A DNA stretch of 64,000 nucleotides. It comes from an uncultured Gemmatimonadales bacterium. Lineage in GTDB: Bacteria > Gemmatimonadota > Gemmatimonadetes > JACCXV01 > JAHWKZ01. The position numbers and the translations under genes were made by a program. The DNA is taken from the NCBI GenBank assembly GCA_947259315.1, contig CAMYLR010000011.1, forward strand, positions 72,177-136,176, in the 5' to 3' direction. The notes beneath the pieces are model-generated. The model saw nothing but the letters and a program-made list of their open reading frames with translations. It was not told the origin of the DNA and did not search any database. Shown in pieces: positions 55,710 through 64,000 of the stretch. Position 1 is the first letter of the stretch. Each line of letters opens with the position of its first letter.

Positions 55710-56660
55710 GTGCCCGAGCGGCGGTTCCACGAACCGGTCCTGTTGACGGAGACGATCGCGATGCTGAGGCCAGTTACAGGAAAAACGTATCTCGACGCCA
55801 CGCTCGGTGGTGGTGGGCACGCCGAGGCGATTCTCGAGGCGTCGGCGCCAGCCGGACGATTAGTGGGACTGGATCGGGATCCGCAGGCGATCCAGTTCGC
55901 AGGCCAGCGGTTGGCGCGGTTTGGTGATCGGGTCGAGTTATTGAATACGAACTTCGCCGAGATCGACCGGACGTCGAGGCTCGAGCAAGCGCATTTCGAT
56001 GGCGCTCTGCTCGACCTCGGCGTTTCCTCGGCGCAAGTCGACGACGTGGTGCGCGGCTTCAGCTACCGTCAGGACGCTCCGCTGGATATGCGGATGGGGC
56101 CCAGAGGGGAACCTGCTCGGGAATTGTTGTCGCGCGCCGCACCATCGACCCTCGAGCAGATCATTCGAGACTACGGTGAAGAACGTCACGCACGGCGTAT
56201 CGCCAAGGCGATCGTGCGTGAGCGCGAACGCGAGCCGATCAATACTACCAATCGGCTGCGAGCCATCGTCGAGTCGGCAGTCCCAGCGAGCTCGCACCAG
56301 CTCAAGAGCGTCGCGAGGGTCTTCCAGGCGATCCGAATCGCCGTCAATGACGAGCTGACGGCGTTAAAGAGTGGTCTTAAACAAATTGAGCGGCGGCTGA
56401 ACGCCGACGCCCGGCTAGTGGTGATCGCGTATCACTCGTTGGAAGACCGTGTAGTCAAGCGGTATTTCCGCGAGTTGGCGGCGGATTGCGAGTGTCCGCC
56501 CGATCTCCCCGTTTGCCGGTGTGACAAGGTTTCTGAGGCGGACGTGCTCACCCCCCGACCGATCCGTCCGACCGAGGCCGAAGTCGCCGCCAATCCTCGT
56601 GCTCGGAGCGCGCGTTTGCGCGCCATCGAGCGGCGCCGCCAGGTGGCGGACCAAACCTAG
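55710..56660 (+). CDS. rsmH: 16S rRNA (cytosine1402-N4)-methyltransferase
   Basis: HEPVLLTE, DATLGGGGHAEAIL, LLDLGVSSAQVD, AYHSLEDRVVK. Confidence 0.9.
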   Translation: MPERRFHEPVLLTETIAMLRPVTGKTYLDATLGGGGHAEAILEASAPAGRLVGLDRDPQAIQFAGQRLARFGDRVELLNTNFAEIDRTSRLEQAHFDGALLDLGVSSAQVDDVVRGFSYRQDAPLDMRMGPRGEPARELLSRAAPSTLEQIIRDYGEERHARRIAKAIVREREREPINTTNRLRAIVESAVPASSHQLKSVARVFQAIRIAVNDELTALKSGLKQIERRLNADARLVVIAYHSLEDRVVKRYFRELAADCECPPDLPVCRCDKVSEADVLTPRPIRPTEAEVAANPRARSARLRAIERRRQVADQT

Positions 56661-56680
56661 CGCCGGAAAGTAGGGAGTCG

Positions 56681-57127
56681 GTGAACGTCTACGTTCGTGA
56701 GTATCGCAAGATCGAACACCGAACCCGTCGCCGAACCAGTTTTGCGTGGCATTATCTGCCGACGCTCCTGTTGCTCACGGCTGCAGTCGTCGTCGGCAAG
56801 GTCTACGTCCAGTCGGTCGCGATTCGGTGGTCTGATCGCGCTTTGGAGCAGAAAACCACGGCGCGAGATCTAGAGACCACGAATGATGCGCTGGCGCGTT
56901 CGATCGCAGTGTTGACGACCCGAGACCGGGTAACGCACGTTGCAGACCGGCGCCTGGGCATGGTCACTCCGACCGAGATCGACATCGTTTGGCTGCCGGT
57001 TCCCGATGGTACCCCCGCGCACGCACCGCCACTGCCAGCCAAGATCGATGGTGGAGTGCTGGCCACCGTGGGCGGTTGGCTTGATGCGCTCTGGCAGGAG
57101 GAAGCTCTCGCGCTGACGAGCCAATAG
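56681..57127 (+). CDS. ftsL: Cell-division protein FtsL-like (septum formation initiator)
   Basis: Its position between rsmH and ftsI. A single TM helix (LPTLLLLTAAVVVGKVYV) is followed by a coiled-coil-like periplasmic region. GGGAG RBS before the GTG. Confidence 0.55.
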   Translation: MNVYVREYRKIEHRTRRRTSFAWHYLPTLLLLTAAVVVGKVYVQSVAIRWSDRALEQKTTARDLETTNDALARSIAVLTTRDRVTHVADRRLGMVTPTEIDIVWLPVPDGTPAHAPPLPAKIDGGVLATVGGWLDALWQEEALALTSQ

Positions 57128-59151
57128 TGGCTCGCACCCGAGGGATCCGCTCCAAGAAGGTGAGTGAGTCCGATCGCCTTCGAATCGGACGTCGTCGCCA
57201 ACGGCTCATCTTCGTCTTGCTTCTCATGTTTTCAGCCCGGCTCGGAGTCGCGTTCTTCGAGATCCAGGTTCGCGGCCACGACGAATACCGGGCAACAGCC
57301 CAAAAACAGCAAAAGAAGCGCATCGTCATCCCGCCCGAGCGGGGCACGATCTACGATCGTAACGGGGTGCCACTTACGGTCAATGAAGAGGAGTACGGCG
57401 TTTACCTCGTCCCACGCCACGTTGATCCCGATGAGACAGAGCAGTTTGTCGAGACGTTGACCTCGATCTTGGGGGTCAATGCCCGAGAGGTCAAGCGCCG
57501 TCTGGAGGAGGGTGGGTGGTACGTGCGTCTTACGCGTGGGATGTCGCCCGAGATCGTCCACCAGCTCGAAGCCGCGAAACTGGATGGCGTGGGTGTGGAG
57601 TCGTATCGGGTGCGCCGGTATCCCTACGATCGGCTGGCGGGCGATCTGCTTGGCAAGGTCAACACCGAAAACAAAGGCCTCGACGGCATAGAGCTGTATT
57701 ACGACGAGGTCCTTCGTGGAACTCCGGGTTACGCCATCCACCAACGAGACGCCTTGGGGCATGAGTACCCGAACTTCACATTCCCGGTTAAGGCTCCAGT
57801 CCACGGTCGGGCCTTGTACCTGACGATCGATCTAGGGGTGCAAGAGATCGTCGAGGCTGCTCTCGAGACAGCCATGGGTAAGACTCACGCGAAAGCCGGA
57901 AGTGTTGTAGTCGTCGACCCGCGAACCGGCGAGGTGCTGGCGATGGCGACTCGCGGCGGACCCAGAAAGAGCGACCAACGGGGGAGAAACGTAGCTGTGG
58001 TCGATCAGTTCGAGCCCGGGTCGACTTTCAAGATCGTGCCCCTCACCGGGTTGTACGAGGAGTCGCTGGCGGCTCCAAACGATTCGCTGTTCTGTGAGCG
58101 CGGCACGTGGCGACACAAGGGGCGCACGATTCGCGATGTCCACCCGTACGACTATCTCACCGTCGAGCAGGTCATCGAAGCTTCGTCGAATATCTGCTCG
58201 ATTAAGCTCGCGGATCGCCTCGGCGACAATCGACTCTACGAGTACGCCCGCAAGTTCGGGTTCGGATTGCCAGCTGGTCTCGATTTTCCCGGCGAGCCGC
58301 GCGGCCTGCTCAAACGTCCGGATGAATGGTCCGTGCTGACGGCCGGATCGGTGACTATGGGGTATGAGGTCATGGTGACCTCGGTCCAGATGGCGATGGC
58401 GTACAGCGCGGTGGCCAACGGTGGCGAGCTACTGAGACCCTATTTGGTAAGACGGATCGTCGACACCGAGGGCGGGGTCGAGTTCGAGGGTCGTCCGCAG
58501 CTCGTTCGCCGGGTCATGAAGCCGCAGACGGCGCATCTGGTGACTCAGGCACTCGTTCGCGTGGTGGAGTTTGGCACTGCCAGGAGTGCGCAGATCGACA
58601 TGCTCCCGGTGGCTGGGAAGACAGGCACCGCCCGCAAGGTCGGCGAGCGGGGGTATGACTACAAGCGGCACACCTCCTCGTTCGCGGGGTTTTTCCCCGC
58701 TGATGATGCGCGATACGCTGTCTTCGTCCGTATTGATGAACCGGTGGGCAAGTTCTACGGGGGGTTGGTGGCGGCACCGGTGTTCCATGAGATCGTCGAG
58801 AACACACTTCTGACCCGCGCGGTGGATCGATCACCCGCACTGGTTGAGCGGTTTCGGTCGCCCCAGCAGGTTGTGCAGCGTGTTTCAGACGGGTTTGGTG
58901 CATTGCCCGCCGCGACGGAGCCCGATACGCTCGCTTCGTCGCAGCCGGTGGAATTACCGGACGGCGTCGATCCGCGCACGCACGTAAAGGTACCGGATTT
59001 CACTGGACTGGGTCTGCGCGAGGCGATCCGCCGCGCGTCGCGTCTTGGGATCGAGCTCGCATTTGATGGAACGGGGACGATCGTTGGCCAGGATCCGGAG
59101 CCTGGGGAGGTGCTGACCCGCGGCGGCGTGGTACTGGTTCGGGATCGATAG
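57127..59151 (+). CDS. ftsI: Peptidoglycan D,D-transpeptidase (class B PBP, FtsI-like) with a C-terminal PASTA domain
   Basis: TM anchor, dimerisation domain, and transpeptidase motifs (STFK, SSN, KTGTA). C-terminal PASTA (VKVPDFTGLGLREAIRRASRLGIELAFDGTGTIVGQDPEPG). Confidence 0.85.
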   Translation: MARTRGIRSKKVSESDRLRIGRRRQRLIFVLLLMFSARLGVAFFEIQVRGHDEYRATAQKQQKKRIVIPPERGTIYDRNGVPLTVNEEEYGVYLVPRHVDPDETEQFVETLTSILGVNAREVKRRLEEGGWYVRLTRGMSPEIVHQLEAAKLDGVGVESYRVRRYPYDRLAGDLLGKVNTENKGLDGIELYYDEVLRGTPGYAIHQRDALGHEYPNFTFPVKAPVHGRALYLTIDLGVQEIVEAALETAMGKTHAKAGSVVVVDPRTGEVLAMATRGGPRKSDQRGRNVAVVDQFEPGSTFKIVPLTGLYEESLAAPNDSLFCERGTWRHKGRTIRDVHPYDYLTVEQVIEASSNICSIKLADRLGDNRLYEYARKFGFGLPAGLDFPGEPRGLLKRPDEWSVLTAGSVTMGYEVMVTSVQMAMAYSAVANGGELLRPYLVRRIVDTEGGVEFEGRPQLVRRVMKPQTAHLVTQALVRVVEFGTARSAQIDMLPVAGKTGTARKVGERGYDYKRHTSSFAGFFPADDARYAVFVRIDEPVGKFYGGLVAAPVFHEIVENTLLTRAVDRSPALVERFRSPQQVVQRVSDGFGALPAATEPDTLASSQPVELPDGVDPRTHVKVPDFTGLGLREAIRRASRLGIELAFDGTGTIVGQDPEPGEVLTRGGVVLVRDR

Positions 59152-60626
59152 TGGGGGTGGCCGTCGAGACGACACGTCTCTCCGCGCTGGCTAAGCGGGT
59201 CGGCGGGCGGGTCGTTGGCGACGAGGACCCTCGCGTCGTCGGAGTATCCCATGATAGCCGTCGTGTGCAAGCAGGGGATTTGTTCGCGGCGATCACCGGC
59301 TTTGAAGCCGATGGCCATCGTTTTGTCCCTGCGGCGGTCGAGGCGGGCGCCGTCGCTGGGTTGGTCGATCACGAGGGCTCCTGGCCGGTGCCAGTGATCG
59401 TCGTCGATGACGTGCGCCGTGCGATCGGACCCATAGCGCATGCTGTTGTGGGTGACCCCACGACTCGTATGCGGGTGATCGGGATTACTGGAACCAATGG
59501 CAAGACGACGACGACGTTCATGACAGCGGCGGTCTTGGGTGGCGATGAGGTGGCGACGCTGGGAACGCTCGGTGCCCGGCGTGGCGAGCGGGTTTTCAAG
59601 ACCGGGTTTACGACGCCCGAAGCGCCCGACTTGGCGCGCCTTTTTGCGGACTTGGAGCGGGAAGGGGTGAGATCGATCGTGATGGAGGTCTCGAGCCACG
59701 CGATCGCGCTCGAGCGCATCGGCGGGATTCACTTTACGGCGGGCGGGTTTACGAACTTGAGCCCTGATCATCTCGATTTTCACCCCACCATGGAAGATTA
59801 CGGCGAAGCGAAGCTCGATTTCTTTCGTCTGCTTCGTGAGCAACACGGCTTTGGGGTGGTGAACGCAGACGACGCCTGGGGTGATCGGTTTCGAGCCGCA
59901 GGGCCCGACGAGACGTGGCGCTTTAGCGAGAGTAATCCCGAGGCCGAGGTGTACGCCGAGCGGATGGAGATCGAACGCGACGGCACGACGATGGATGTAC
60001 GCACTCCGCGCGGACGCTTTACGACCCGTCTGTCGATGGCTGGTCGCTTCAACGCTGCCAACGCGCTGGCAGCGGCGGCGTTGGGTGTTGGGCTCGGGAC
60101 TGAGCCGGAGGCGGTGGCGCGAGCGCTAGCGGAAGTTGACCACGTACCCGGTCGCTACGAGGTGTACCGTGGCGTCGATATCACGGTAATCGTGGACTAC
60201 GCCCACACGCCGGAGGCGATCGAAAGGGTCCTGCTGGCGGTACGTGATACCGGAGCCCGACGGATCTTGTGTGTCTTTGGCTGTGGGGGCGAGCGTGACC
60301 GCACCAAGCGACCAGAGATGGCCCGAGTTGCGGGAACGTTGGCAGAGGTCGCGATTCTCACCACCGATAACCCGCGCCGCGAGTCGATCGATCAAATCGT
60401 CGCCGACGCCATCGTCGGATTTGATGACACCCCGGCCCGGTGGGAGCGGATCGATGACCGCGCGGCGGCGATCGAACATGCGATCGGCGAAGCTGAGCGC
60501 GGTGACGTTGTATGTGTGCTCGGCAAAGGAGACGAGGAGCACATCTTGATCGGCAACCAGCAGATACCGTTTTGTGATCGTGACGTGGTTCAACGCGCCT
60601 TGGCAGTCCGAGACGGTGCAGAGTGA
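59151..60626 (+). CDS. murE: UDP-N-acetylmuramoyl-L-alanyl-D-glutamate--2,6-diaminopimelate ligase
   Basis: GITGTNGKTTTTFM, and a DNPR motif (TDNPRRE) that indicates meso-DAP specificity. Confidence 0.9.
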   Translation: MGVAVETTRLSALAKRVGGRVVGDEDPRVVGVSHDSRRVQAGDLFAAITGFEADGHRFVPAAVEAGAVAGLVDHEGSWPVPVIVVDDVRRAIGPIAHAVVGDPTTRMRVIGITGTNGKTTTTFMTAAVLGGDEVATLGTLGARRGERVFKTGFTTPEAPDLARLFADLEREGVRSIVMEVSSHAIALERIGGIHFTAGGFTNLSPDHLDFHPTMEDYGEAKLDFFRLLREQHGFGVVNADDAWGDRFRAAGPDETWRFSESNPEAEVYAERMEIERDGTTMDVRTPRGRFTTRLSMAGRFNAANALAAAALGVGLGTEPEAVARALAEVDHVPGRYEVYRGVDITVIVDYAHTPEAIERVLLAVRDTGARRILCVFGCGGERDRTKRPEMARVAGTLAEVAILTTDNPRRESIDQIVADAIVGFDDTPARWERIDDRAAAIEHAIGEAERGDVVCVLGKGDEEHILIGNQQIPFCDRDVVQRALAVRDGAE

Positions 60627-62011
60627 GTGCTAGGCTGACCGCCGATCAGGTGACCGCCGCGCTGGGCGTAAAACCCAGCCGACAGCCGCCTCAAGCCTTC
60701 AGGGGTGTAACGATCGACACCCGCCGAGCAACGGATGGAGAGCTTTTCGTTGCGATCCGTGGCGACCGCTATGATGGCAATGATTTCTTGGACGCTGCGG
60801 TGGCTGCTGGTGTGTCCGGTGCGGTGGGCGAGGATAGGGGTTTCGCCGATCGTGCCGAGATCGCGTTCTGGGCGGTACCCGACGGGCGGGCTGCGCTCCA
60901 GGCGCTGGCCGCTCATTATCGGAATGCGCTCTCGACCCAGCTCGTCGCGGTCACCGGCTCGAATGGAAAGACGACCACAAAAGAGCTGATCGCGGCGGTG
61001 CTGGCGCAACGTTTCTCGACCTCGGCAACCGCTGGCAACTTGAATAACCAGATCGGGGTCCCACTCACCTTGCTCGATATCGATCCCAACGACGATTGGG
61101 CGGTGGTCGAGCTGGGGTCCAGCGAGCCCGGGGAGATCGCGATTCTGTCGCGCATCGCTCAACCAACGATGGCGGTCCTTACCAGCGTCGCGGCCAGCCA
61201 CCTCGAGGGGCTGGGTTCGGTCGAGGCGGTGATGGAGGAGAAGCTGGCTCTCGGACGTGTTCTCTCTCCTGACGGGACCCTGTTCTATAACGGCGATGAT
61301 CCGCGCTTGACAGCTGCGGTTTCGAAGTTGAAGTGCCGACTGGTCTCCTACGGTATCGAGCCATCGAACGACGTTCGACCGGAGCGCTGGGAGTTGGACG
61401 GCGAAGGCCGCGGGATGTTCGAGATCGATGGGCGCACCTACCGCCTGCGGCTGGTCGGTCGGCACAACGTCGTGAACGCGCTGGCGGCCGTCGCCGTGGG
61501 CGGCGAGGCGGATATCTCGCCGGGGGCGATCGCCGTCGGGATCGCCGAGCCCGATGCATTGCCGCTGCGGATGGAATTGGAGCGATGGGGGGACGTGATC
61601 GCGCTGGTCGACTGCTACAACGCCAACCCCGAGAGTGTGGCGTCGGCGGTGGCTACCCTGGTGGCCCTCGATGATGCTCGTCGACGCGTCGTCGTGCTCG
61701 GCGAGATGCTGGAATTGGGCGACCAAAGCGAAATGCTGCACCGGCAGGTCGGGTGCGATCTGGCGTCGGCCGGTGTTGAAGTCGTCGTGGCGGTTGGCGC
61801 TGGCGCCGCACCGGTAGCCACTGGGGCCGAGGATGAGGGCGTGACCGCGCTGCGATTCGACTACCAGCCGGGATCGATCCGGTGGCTTATTGACAACCTC
61901 CGCCCTGGTGACGCGGTCCTCTTCAAGGCCAGTCGTGGTGCAGCGCTGGAGCGAGTGGTTGAACCGGTTCGCGAGGCGTGTCTGGGTTGCTCGGTCGAGA
62001 TCAATCGATGA
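60623..62011 (+). CDS. murF: UDP-N-acetylmuramoyl-tripeptide--D-alanyl-D-alanine ligase
   Basis: VTGSNGKTTTKE and the Mur ligase central and C-terminal domains. Position in the dcw order. Confidence 0.85.
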   Translation: MSARLTADQVTAALGVKPSRQPPQAFRGVTIDTRRATDGELFVAIRGDRYDGNDFLDAAVAAGVSGAVGEDRGFADRAEIAFWAVPDGRAALQALAAHYRNALSTQLVAVTGSNGKTTTKELIAAVLAQRFSTSATAGNLNNQIGVPLTLLDIDPNDDWAVVELGSSEPGEIAILSRIAQPTMAVLTSVAASHLEGLGSVEAVMEEKLALGRVLSPDGTLFYNGDDPRLTAAVSKLKCRLVSYGIEPSNDVRPERWELDGEGRGMFEIDGRTYRLRLVGRHNVVNALAAVAVGGEADISPGAIAVGIAEPDALPLRMELERWGDVIALVDCYNANPESVASAVATLVALDDARRRVVVLGEMLELGDQSEMLHRQVGCDLASAGVEVVVAVGAGAAPVATGAEDEGVTALRFDYQPGSIRWLIDNLRPGDAVLFKASRGAALERVVEPVREACLGCSVEINR

Positions 62012-62022
62012 GGCAGCGGTAG

Positions 62023-63108
62023 ATGCTCTACGACCTGCTCGTTCCACTGGCTGATCAACACACGTTCTTCAACGTTTTTCGATACATAACGTTTCGCTCT
62101 GCCTACGCGACGGTCACCGCGCTTGCGCTCGCGTTCCTGCTGGGTCCATGGCTGATTCGACGCTTGAGCGTTCTTGGGGCGGGACAGCCGATCCGACAAG
62201 AGGGTCCAAAGGCCCACTACAGCAAGGCCGGCACGCCGACCATGGGTGGCGTGTTGATCATCCTGGCCGTCGTCGTCCCGACTCTTCTTTGGGCCGATTT
62301 GAGTCAGCCGTTCATTCAGATGATTCTCGTGGCTACGCTTTGGATGGGAGGGTTGGGATTCCTCGATGACTATCTGAAAGTCGTGAAGCAGAAGTCAGAG
62401 GGACTGATCGCCATCCAGAAGGTCGTCGGTCAAGTCCTGCTAGGTGTGGTGCTCGGCGTGTGGCTCTACATGCAACCGGTTCACGGCGAGTACACGACAC
62501 TCACCTCGGTGCCGTTCTTCAAGGAGCGCTTTGTCGATTTCGGTTTCCTATACATCCCGTTCATCATCTTGGTGGTGATCGCTGCCACCAATGCGGTCAA
62601 CCTTACCGACGGTCTGGATGGGCTGGCGATCGGGTTGGGGGCTATCGCGGCGACCGCATTTGCCGCGTTCGCATACGTGATCGGTCGTGCCGACTGGTCA
62701 GGCTATCTGCAGATCCCGTACTTCTCGGGTGCCGGTGAACTCACCGTCTACTGCGCGGCGTTGCTCGGCGCTGCACTTGGGTTTCTCTGGTACAACGCTC
62801 ATCCAGCCGAAATCATCATGGGCGACACCGGATCGCTCGCGCTCGGCGGCGCGTTTGGGACGCTCGCGGTGCTGCTCAAGATGGAGTTCGCCTTGATCTT
62901 TGTCGGCGGCGTGTTCGTGCTCGAAACATTGTCGGTGATCATCCAGGTGGCGTCGTTCAAGCTGCGCGGGAAGCGAGTTTTCAAGATGAGCCCGATTCAC
63001 CACCATTTCGAGCTTCTTGGGTGGGACGAGCAGAAGATCGTCATGCGGTTCTACATCCTCGGGGTCCTGTTCGCTCTGCTCGCTGCCTCGACGCTGAAAC
63101 TGCGGTGA
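62023..63108 (+). CDS. mraY: Phospho-N-acetylmuramoyl-pentapeptide transferase
   Basis: PTMGGVLI, NAVNLTDGLDGLA, MGDTGSLALGGA, HHHFEL. Confidence 0.9.
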   Translation: MLYDLLVPLADQHTFFNVFRYITFRSAYATVTALALAFLLGPWLIRRLSVLGAGQPIRQEGPKAHYSKAGTPTMGGVLIILAVVVPTLLWADLSQPFIQMILVATLWMGGLGFLDDYLKVVKQKSEGLIAIQKVVGQVLLGVVLGVWLYMQPVHGEYTTLTSVPFFKERFVDFGFLYIPFIILVVIAATNAVNLTDGLDGLAIGLGAIAATAFAAFAYVIGRADWSGYLQIPYFSGAGELTVYCAALLGAALGFLWYNAHPAEIIMGDTGSLALGGAFGTLAVLLKMEFALIFVGGVFVLETLSVIIQVASFKLRGKRVFKMSPIHHHFELLGWDEQKIVMRFYILGVLFALLAASTLKLR

Positions 63109-64000
63109 TCGATCCACCGGTCCAGGTCGATGGTGCACGCGTAGCGGTGCTCGGGCTGGCGCGCTCGGGGATGGCGGTCGCGCGTCTGTTGCAGCGGGTG
63201 GGGGCTAGCGTCTACGCGTCCGACGTCTCGGCGTCAGATCATGTCGTCGCTGCAGCTCGTGCTCTTGAGGACGAAGGCATCGAAGCCGGCACCGGGGGTC
63301 ACGATCGTGAGCTGATCTCAGACTGCGACTGGGTCGTGGTTAGCCCTGGAATCCCGCCCAACGCCGAGATCCTGGTGGCACCGCCGGTCTGCGATCTCCC
63401 AATCTTCAGCGAGATCGAGGTTGCGTGGTGGTTTGCCCGCGCACCCGTAGCTGCAGTCACGGGCACCAACGGCAAGACGACGACCACGGCGCTGCTTGGA
63501 GCTGTTGCTCAGACGGGCGGCATCTCGGTCAGACGTCGAGTGGTATGTGCTCGAGGTGTCGTCGTTCCAGTTGGCCCGGATCGAAACCTTCAAGCCGCGG
63601 GTGGCGGTGGTCCTAAACCTGACCGCCGATCACCTCGATACCTATCCCGATGTCGAGGCGTACGCTCGGGACAAGGCACGTATCGCTATGAACCAGGATC
63701 GCGGCGATCACCTGTGCCTGAATGGTGAGGACCGTGCGCTGTCGAGTTTCGGTTCCGATCGACCAGCAACCCGGCACTGGTTTAACCGTTACGAGTCGGT
63801 TGAGCGAGGCGCTTGGGTCGACGATGGTTGGATTACGCTGACCGGCGAGGCGTACTCGGGCCCGATCATCAAGACAGCCGCGCTGAGAATACCAGGGCAG
63901 CACAACGTGCAGAACGCATTGGCGGCGACGCTCGCAGCAGAGCTCATGGGGGTCGAGCCGACGGCGATCGGCTCGGGGTTGGCGTCTTTCGGCGGGGTCG
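63105..64000 (+). pseudogene. murD: UDP-N-acetylmuramoylalanine--D-glutamate ligase (murD), 3' partial, with an internal frameshift/deletion at ~63500-63540
   Basis: GTG 63105 overlaps the mraY stop. The N-terminus (RVAVLGLARSGMAVARLL..., VTGTNGKTTTTALLGAVAQTGG) then degenerates into an Arg-rich out-of-frame tail that stops at 63728. Authentic MurD sequence (DVEWYVLEVSSFQLARIETFKPRVAVVLNLTADHLDTYPDVEAYARDKARI...HNVQNALAA) resumes in a different frame from ~63540 and runs to the window end. About 20 residues expected between the P-loop and ELSSFQL are missing. Confidence 0.6.

Overview
High-GC (~66%) bacterial chromosomal window, probably a diderm (TonB-dependent receptor, lipoboxes, Gemmatimonadota-like; the lineage call is tentative). 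No mobile elements, CRISPR arrays or rRNA genes were found. Contents in order:
(1) A GAF sensor histidine kinase (5' partial) and NarL-type response regulator next to a TonB-dependent receptor.
(2) hutF, a hyuA/hyuB hydantoinase pair, a cupin, and a 4.5-kb lipoprotein subtilase (S8) whose C-terminus is an internally duplicated PKD-PKD-LamG array with near-identical DNA repeats.
(3) A MarR-GNAT fusion regulator with a palindromic operator.
(4) A ~15-kb co-directional respiratory supercluster (24.6-39.7 kb). It encodes a ferredoxin, an Mrp/NBP35 protein, three different proteins carrying a C-terminal PCP_red (BchB C-terminal-like) domain (a Zn-ribbon protein, a tandem-Usp protein and a radical SAM/SPASM enzyme), an orphan CydA-like (cytochrome bd family) membrane protein with three c-type cytochromes, an amicyanin-like cupredoxin lipoprotein, an aa3-type coxBACD operon and two tiny tail-end TM ORFs. 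This is the best candidate for an undescribed system.
(5) A second, convergent caa3-type coxBACD operon in which CoxB carries a fused cytochrome c domain.
(6) tRNA-Asp, then a contiguous 8-gene heme operon hemA-C-D-B-Q-L-E-H (coproporphyrin-dependent, with HemQ/ChdC).
(7) The start of the dcw cluster (mraZ-rsmH-ftsL-ftsI-murE-murF-mraY-murD), with a near-consensus promoter, a candidate MraZ operator and an upstream intrinsic terminator.
Three genes (an NHL/TPR protein, a cyclase-family protein and murD) are frame-disrupted. Because murD is essential, sequencing or assembly error is as likely as true pseudogenisation. CDS coordinates follow the supplied ORF track. A few displayed sequence lines appear shifted by one base relative to that track, so non-CDS coordinates are accurate to about 1-2 nt.
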